This document shows positions 26,732-32,000 of a stretch of 32,000 nucleotides of DNA, piece by piece. The stretch lies in NCBI GenBank assembly GCA_934246625.1, contig CAKQHZ010000002.1:191356-223355 (forward strand), given 5' to 3'. Both the position numbers and the translations under genes were made by a program. The notes under the pieces were generated by a model. That model saw only the letters and a list, made by a program, of their open reading frames with translations. It made no database searches and had not been told where the DNA came from. Source of the stretch: an uncultured Alphaproteobacteria bacterium (GTDB lineage: Bacteria > Pseudomonadota > Alphaproteobacteria > Rs-D84 > CACZYB01). Numbering within the stretch: position 1 is the stretch's first letter; each line of letters begins with the position of its first letter.

Positions 26732-28978
26732 ATGAGTGAAGAAGTAAAAGCTATAAAGGAAAATATAAAATCTCAACAATTAAAAGATGCGATAAGTGAA
26801 AGATATTTGGCTTATGCAATGTCAACTATTGTATCAAGGTCTCTTCCTGATGTGCGTGATGGTTTAAAACCAGTTCACAGACGAATTTTGTATGGAATGC
26901 GACAACTTAAACTTGACCCAAAAAGTGGTTATAAAAAGTGTGCCCGTGTGGTTGGTGATGTTATGGGTAAATATCATCCTCATGGTGATGCGTCAATTTA
27001 TGATGCAATGGTGCGATTGGCACAATCTTTTTCTGTAAGGTATCCTTTGGTTATGGGACAGGGTAATTTTGGAAATGTTGATGGTGATAGTGCTGCTGCT
27101 ATGCGTTATACAGAGGCTAAACTTTCAGAGGCTGCTATTGCAATTATGGATGGGCTTGATGAAAACACAGTTGATTTTATGGATACCTATAGTGGTGAGG
27201 AAGTTGAACCTTGTGTTATGCCTGCGGGGTTTCCAAATTTGCTTGCAAATGGTGCAAATGGTATTGCGGTTGGTATGGCAACAAATATTGCTCCACATAA
27301 TATATTGGAACTTTGTGATGGTATAGTTGCTCTTATCAAAAATCCAGATATTAGTGTTGCTGAGTTGGTTGAGTATATAAAGGCTCCTGATTTCCCAACT
27401 GGTGGTGTGATTGCTCAGGACAAAGCATCAATTATTTCTGCGTATGAAACTGGACGTGGTAATTTTACAATAAGGGCAAAATGGGAACGTGAAGATTTGT
27501 CCTATGGTAATTATCAAATTGTTATTTCTGAAATCCCATATCAGGTGCAAAAATCAAAGTTGATTGAAAAAATTGCGGAACTTATTGAAAATGGAAAACT
27601 TTCAACTGTGGCAGATGTTCGTGATGAATCCGCAGAAGATATTCGAATCATTATTGAACCAAAATCACGAGTTGTAAGTGATAAGGTTGTGATGGCTCAA
27701 TTATTTTCAACAACCGAGTTGGAAACTAAATTTGCTCTTAATATGAACGTGCTTGATAAAAACTGTGTTCCAAGAGTTATGAATTTAAAGGAAGTTTTGG
27801 AAGCTTATGTCGAACATAGGGTTGAAGTTTTGACACGACGCACAAATTTCCGTCTTGAAAATATTGCAAAAAGATTGGAAATTTTAGATGGGTATTTGAC
27901 TGCTTATCTTAACCTTGATGAAGTTATTCATATTATCCGTGAATATGATGATGCAAAGCAAAAATTGATGGAAAGATTTAATCTTTCAGAAGTTCAGGCT
28001 GATGCTATACTTAATATGAAACTTCGTTCTTTACGTAAATTGGAAGAAATGGAAATAAGAGCAGAATCCGATAGTTTGAAAAAGGAACAAGCCGAGCTTC
28101 AAGAACTTAATAGTAATGAAAAGAATAAATTAAAGCGTATTGTTGAGGAAGTTAAAAATTTACGTGCTGTGTTTGCAAAGGATAAAGTCTTAAGTGCAAG
28201 ATATACAGTTATTGATGAAAATGTTGAAGATGTGGTTGTTCCACAATATGACTTTACACCAAAGGAACCTATTACAATTATTCTTTCTTCTATGGGTTGG
28301 ATAAAGTGTGTTAAAAATCATGTCGATTTGTCTTCTGATTTTTCATTTAAGGAAGGTGATAGTAAGGCTTTGGCTTTGTATGCAATGACAAATGATAAGG
28401 TTGTATTTGCAACTGATAATGGTCAATTCTTTACACTTGATGCAAGCAAGATTCCAAGTGGTCGTGGTTATGGTGAACCTTTGCGACTTATGCTTGAAAT
28501 TCCTGTGGATACAAAGATTGTGAAGGTATTCCCTTATAAAAAAGATGCTGACATTTTGGTGGCTTCACATAATGGCTATGGTTTTAAGGTTTCACAAAAT
28601 GATGTGATTGCACAAACTAAAAATGGTAAGTCAGTTATGAATTTGGGTGATAAGGATAAACTTGTTATTGTAAAGGATATTGGAGTTGAAGATAATATGG
28701 TCGCTGTTGTTGGTGATAACAGAAAACTTCTTGTCTTTGGTATAGATGAACTTCCTTCATTTACTCGTGGAAAGGGTGTTATCCTTCAAAAGTATAAGGA
28801 ACCAAAGACATATCTTTCAGATGTGATTACATTTAAAAAAGATGATGGACTTTGTTGGGTAAATGGTTCACGAAACTTTAAGGTTGCAGATATTTCTATG
28901 TGGCAAGGAAAACGTGCTAGTGTAGGGCATATGCCACCTGATGGTTTCCCAAAAGTTAATAAATTTAATAAGGATTAA
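26732..28978 (+). CDS. parC: DNA topoisomerase IV subunit A
   Basis: [55 protein letters not shown] (catalytic Tyr), [24 protein letters not shown]. 748 aa with no GyrA-box in the C-terminal domain. Resembles alphaproteobacterial ParC. Confidence 0.92.
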   Translation: MSEEVKAIKENIKSQQLKDAISERYLAYAMSTIVSRSLPDVRDGLKPVHRRILYGMRQLKLDPKSGYKKCARVVGDVMGKYHPHGDASIYDAMVRLAQSFSVRYPLVMGQGNFGNVDGDSAAAMRYTEAKLSEAAIAIMDGLDENTVDFMDTYSGEEVEPCVMPAGFPNLLANGANGIAVGMATNIAPHNILELCDGIVALIKNPDISVAELVEYIKAPDFPTGGVIAQDKASIISAYETGRGNFTIRAKWEREDLSYGNYQIVISEIPYQVQKSKLIEKIAELIENGKLSTVADVRDESAEDIRIIIEPKSRVVSDKVVMAQLFSTTELETKFALNMNVLDKNCVPRVMNLKEVLEAYVEHRVEVLTRRTNFRLENIAKRLEILDGYLTAYLNLDEVIHIIREYDDAKQKLMERFNLSEVQADAILNMKLRSLRKLEEMEIRAESDSLKKEQAELQELNSNEKNKLKRIVEEVKNLRAVFAKDKVLSARYTVIDENVEDVVVPQYDFTPKEPITIILSSMGWIKCVKNHVDLSSDFSFKEGDSKALALYAMTNDKVVFATDNGQFFTLDASKIPSGRGYGEPLRLMLEIPVDTKIVKVFPYKKDADILVASHNGYGFKVSQNDVIAQTKNGKSVMNLGDKDKLVIVKDIGVEDNMVAVVGDNRKLLVFGIDELPSFTRGKGVILQKYKEPKTYLSDVITFKKDDGLCWVNGSRNFKVADISMWQGKRASVGHMPPDGFPKVNKFNKD

Positions 28979-28980
28979 AA

Positions 28981-29745
28981 ATGTTTAAGGATTTAGAAGT
29001 ATATGTCATAAATCTTGATAGAAGTCCTGAGCGTATGGCGGATATGAAGAAAAAATTATCTGCTTTGGGACTTGAATATAAAAGGATTCCTGCAGTTGAT
29101 GGTAAAAAAACTGAATTTACTGCAAATGAAGTTAATGCAAAAAAGTATTCTTTACTTCATGGAAAATATATTACTCCAACTGAGGTTGCTTGTTTTGTTT
29201 CACACTATAATGTGATGAAAGAATTTATTACAAATTCAAAGAAAAAATTTGCCTTGGTTTTGGAAGATGATATGGAATTTGCCGATGATTTTTTAGATGT
29301 ATTAAGTTTGATTTTGAAAAATAAATCTTGGGATTTAGTAAAACTTAATGGTGGACATAGTGGTGGGAATGTAAAGGCTTTAAAATTAAATGATAAATAT
29401 TCTTTGGTTTTGAATGCTTTTCATCAATCTAAAACAGGGGCTTATTTAATGAATAGAAAGGCTGGTCAGGCTTATTTAGATAAATTGCTTCCTATGTTTG
29501 TGCCGATTGACCATGAATTTATAAAATTTTGGAAGTATCATTTAAGGGGATTTTCTGTGGCTCCTTTTCCAACATGGGAGGAAGATGTGCCTTCAACAAT
29601 CGATTATAAAATGGTGAAAAAGAATCGAAAGGCTTGGTATAAAAACTTTCCGAAACTTTTTTATAAAATGTATATTGCAGTTTACAGACTTGTGTGGGTG
29701 TTGCCACAAATAATTAAAAATAAATTTACTTTTAGAAATAAGTAG
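28981..29745 (+). CDS. Glycosyltransferase family 25 (LPS/LOS biosynthesis type)
   Basis: N-terminus VYVINLDRSPERM..., ACFVSHY, ALVLEDDMEF: typical GT25 motifs. Confidence 0.88.
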   Translation: MFKDLEVYVINLDRSPERMADMKKKLSALGLEYKRIPAVDGKKTEFTANEVNAKKYSLLHGKYITPTEVACFVSHYNVMKEFITNSKKKFALVLEDDMEFADDFLDVLSLILKNKSWDLVKLNGGHSGGNVKALKLNDKYSLVLNAFHQSKTGAYLMNRKAGQAYLDKLLPMFVPIDHEFIKFWKYHLRGFSVAPFPTWEEDVPSTIDYKMVKKNRKAWYKNFPKLFYKMYIAVYRLVWVLPQIIKNKFTFRNK

Positions 29746-29779
29746 TCTATTATTCGAAAAAAATATAAAGGAGAAAGTT

Positions 29780-30484
29780 ATGGTTAAAAAAGTTCACGAA
29801 ATGGACCCAAAGATTGATTTAAGTATTAGAAGTTTTTTGCTTCCAAAAATAAGTAGTGAAGGTGCAGTTATTGTTGCAATCTTTTTTGCAATAAGTTTTT
29901 TATTGCTTCTTGTATCTAATACATTGGGATTGCTTGCGGTTGCAATTTCTTTGTTTGCATTTTATTTCTTTCGTGATCCTGAACGTTATACTCCAGAAGG
30001 AGATGATTTGATTATTGCTCCTGCTGATGGAATCGTCCTTCCTATCAAAGAATCTGCTTTGCCAGAGGAATTGAAAATGGGAAATGAAAAATTTATTAAA
30101 ATTTCTATTTTTATGTCTGTGTTCAATGTGCATGTGAATAGAAATCCTGTAAGTGGTAAAGTCCTTAAGACTTTGTATATTGCAGGTAAGTTTTTTAATG
30201 CTGATTTGGATAAGGCAAGTAAAGATAATGAAAGAAACCTTATTTTGGTTGAACGACCAAATGGTGATAAAATTTGTTATGTGCAAATTGCGGGTCTTAT
30301 TGCAAGACGTATTGTTTCAAGACTTAAAAAAGATGATGAAGTTGTAAAGGGTGAACGTTTTGGACTTATTAAATTTGGTTCACGACTTGATGTTTATATC
30401 CCTAAATCAAAATATGATATAAAGGTTATGGCTGGTCAACGAATGGTTAGTGGTGAAACTATCCTTGCAACATTAAAAAAATAG
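29780..30484 (+). CDS. psd: Phosphatidylserine decarboxylase proenzyme (short form)
   Basis: N-terminal TM region, PADG, FMSVFNVHVNR, self-cleavage region IKFGSRLDVY. Immediately upstream of pssA. Confidence 0.9.
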   Translation: MVKKVHEMDPKIDLSIRSFLLPKISSEGAVIVAIFFAISFLLLLVSNTLGLLAVAISLFAFYFFRDPERYTPEGDDLIIAPADGIVLPIKESALPEELKMGNEKFIKISIFMSVFNVHVNRNPVSGKVLKTLYIAGKFFNADLDKASKDNERNLILVERPNGDKICYVQIAGLIARRIVSRLKKDDEVVKGERFGLIKFGSRLDVYIPKSKYDIKVMAGQRMVSGETILATLKK

Positions 30485-30487
30485 GAT

Positions 30488-31252
30488 ATGAAAATGATTA
30501 AAAAAGTTGATAATAAAAAAATATTTCCACTTGGAAAAGTTCTTCCATCTATGATTACTCTTGCTTCTGTGGTTGCTGGAATGACGGCAATTTTGCTTGC
30601 GTCTCGTGGACAATTTGAACGTGCTGTTATTGCGATTATTTTGGCGGCGGTTCTTGATGGTTTTGATGGTCGTGTTGCAAGAATGTTTAGAGCATCTTCT
30701 CAATTTGGGGTCGAGTTGGATAGTCTTGCTGATAGTATAAGTTTTGGTGTGGCTCCTGCTTTTGTATTATTTTTCTTTTCTGCAAATGATATAAAAAGTC
30801 TTGGTTGGATGGCATCTGTGCTTTATGCAATTTGTTGTGTATTAAGACTTGCTCGATTTAATACAATGACAGGTGATGAAAGTGTTCCTGAATATTGGCA
30901 TTATTTCTTTACGGGAATACCTGCTCCTGGTGGTGCATTGCTTGCTTTGACACCATTGGCTGCTTATTTGGCAACAGAAGATGAAATCTTCTTAAATCCT
31001 GTATTTTCAATTTCATTTATGATTATTGTTGGTTTTTTGATGATAAGTCGTGTTCCAACGTTGTCTTTGAAAAAAATAAAATTAACAAGTGATGAGCTTA
31101 TTCCTGTGATGTTATTGTTTATCATTTCTTTGATTTTATTGTATTTTCATTTTTGGGATACTATTTCAGTAATTGCAATTTTGTATTTATTTACGGTTCC
31201 ATTGACTGTGGTAAAATTCTTTAAAATGAAAAAAGAATATTTGGGAAAATAA
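30488..31252 (+). CDS. pssA: CDP-diacylglycerol--serine O-phosphatidyltransferase
   Basis: CDP-alcohol phosphatidyltransferase motif DGFDGRVARMFRASSQFGVELDSLADSISFG. Multi-TM. Confidence 0.93.
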   Translation: MKMIKKVDNKKIFPLGKVLPSMITLASVVAGMTAILLASRGQFERAVIAIILAAVLDGFDGRVARMFRASSQFGVELDSLADSISFGVAPAFVLFFFSANDIKSLGWMASVLYAICCVLRLARFNTMTGDESVPEYWHYFFTGIPAPGGALLALTPLAAYLATEDEIFLNPVFSISFMIIVGFLMISRVPTLSLKKIKLTSDELIPVMLLFIISLILLYFHFWDTISVIAILYLFTVPLTVVKFFKMKKEYLGK

Positions 31253-31253
31253 A

Positions 31254-31619
31254 ATGAAACACGAATATAAAGGAATTAGAAGAATCTTATCTGCATTTAA
31301 AAATTCGTTTGATGGATTTTTGTTTGTGTTTCGTGAAGAGGAGGCTTTTCGTCAGGACTTGCTTGTTTTTGTGATTGGCTTGCCTTTGATTTTTGTATTT
31401 GATTTTTCATTGATGGAAAGATTGTTTTTATTTTCATCATTGCTTTTTATTTTATTTGCAGAGCTTACAAATTCTGCGATAGAGGCTTGTATAGATAGAA
31501 TTTCTCCAAAATGGCATAAATTATCAAAAGTGGCAAAGGATATAGGAAGTTTATTGGTGCTTTTGTCTTTTATTTATTTCCTTGTCGTTTGGGGTTGTTT
31601 ATTTGCAAGGTTTATTTAA
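31254..31619 (+). CDS. dgkA: Diacylglycerol kinase (prokaryotic DgkA)
   Basis: 121 aa, three TM segments, AFRQD and AELTNSAIEACIDRIS motifs. Confidence 0.93.
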   Translation: MKHEYKGIRRILSAFKNSFDGFLFVFREEEAFRQDLLVFVIGLPLIFVFDFSLMERLFLFSSLLFILFAELTNSAIEACIDRISPKWHKLSKVAKDIGSLLVLLSFIYFLVVWGCLFARFI

Positions 31620-31642
31620 TTCTCATTTATTTTTATAAAATG

Positions 31643-31669
31643 CTCCCTATTGTTTAGGGAGTTTTTTTT
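31643..31669 (+). terminator. Rho-independent terminator
   Basis: CTCCCT-ATTGTTT-AGGGAG followed by 8 T. Confidence 0.75.
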
Positions 31670-31825
31670 ATTATTTGGTGAAAATAGAATCGGAGAGAGG
31701 GTGAAAATGTTGTTTTTTGAAAAAATATTAAAAATTACTTTAAAAATAAAACGTTGAAAAATCAAAGAGATATGAAAAATTTTAAAAAAAAAATAAAAAA
31801 AATCGAAAAAAGTTGTTTTTTGGTG

Positions 31826-31854
31826 TTGACTTTTTTTAAAAGAATCATTATATT
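31826..31854 (+). promoter_or_regulatory. Sigma70-type promoter TTGACT-17-TATATT preceded by a long A-tract (UP-element-like)
   Basis: TTGACT 31826-31831, 17-nt spacer, TATATT 31849-31854. Upstream 31775-31812 is almost pure A. Confidence 0.5.
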
Positions 31855-31938
31855 TATTCTAACTTGAATGTTGAAAGATATGTTAATCAGATTTCTTCCA
31901 ACCTCTCCAAAAATTTTATCCATAAGATAAAAAAGGGC

Positions 31939-31966
31939 TTGCAAATAGAAAAAAAGGTGCTATAAC
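31939..31966 (+). promoter_or_regulatory. Second candidate promoter TTGCAA-16-TATAAC
   Basis: TTGCAA 31939-31944, 16-nt spacer, TATAAC 31961-31966. Points off the right edge. Confidence 0.4.
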
Positions 31967-32000
31967 TAATAAAGTTTTCAAAAGAGCACGATTAATTTGG

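Noticed and set aside
31707-31757. 16-codon mini-ORF (MLFFEKILKITLKIKR) after a GAGGGTG SD-like sequence
   Set aside because: It is very short and of pure A/T-rich composition, with no supporting feature.
31977-31988. Minus-strand TGCTCTTTTGAA resembling the rrn antiterminator boxA (TGCTCTTTAACA)
   Set aside because: It is on the strand opposite to the outward-facing promoters, and no rRNA lies downstream of it in that orientation (the dgkA terminator is there). It is probably coincidental.

Overview
AT-rich, gene-dense chromosomal window from a Gram-negative bacterium, with about 33 protein genes. I found no rRNA, tRNA, CRISPR array, transposase or integrase. By eye, the ParC, short-form Psd, PssA, RecO and L25/Ctc sequences look alphaproteobacterial, and NrdDG plus SufBCD suggests an anaerobic or microaerophilic, possibly host-associated organism. 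Both points are inference.

Gene content, left to right:
- Minus strand: an edge-truncated secreted coiled-coil protein, lptB, lptA, ligA, rsmE.
- Plus strand: ftsQ, ftsA, a T1SS-like ABC exporter with a fully degenerate ATPase domain, rpe.
- A small, compositionally distinct islet (about 9.6-11.36 kb) with two secreted cysteine-rich repeat proteins and GC-rich structured non-coding DNA.
- Minus strand: epmA, rplY.
- Plus strand: an orphan membrane protein.
- Minus strand: prmC, an arginase-family ureohydrolase, trxB, nrdG, a free-standing 66-aa glycyl-radical module, nrdD (tandem NrdR boxes upstream).
- Plus strand: an orphan membrane protein, sufBCD, mlaC-like, a lipoprotein.
- Minus strand: recO.
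- Plus strand: parC, a GT25 glycosyltransferase, psd, pssA, dgkA.
- A promoter-rich A/T tract at the right edge.

I did not find a convincing multi-gene novel system such as a defence island, secretion locus or biosynthetic cluster. The two observations most worth follow-up are the split class III ribonucleotide reductase and the cysteine-rich-protein / structured-RNA islet. Everything rests on reading the sequence and recalled family motifs; no database search was possible.
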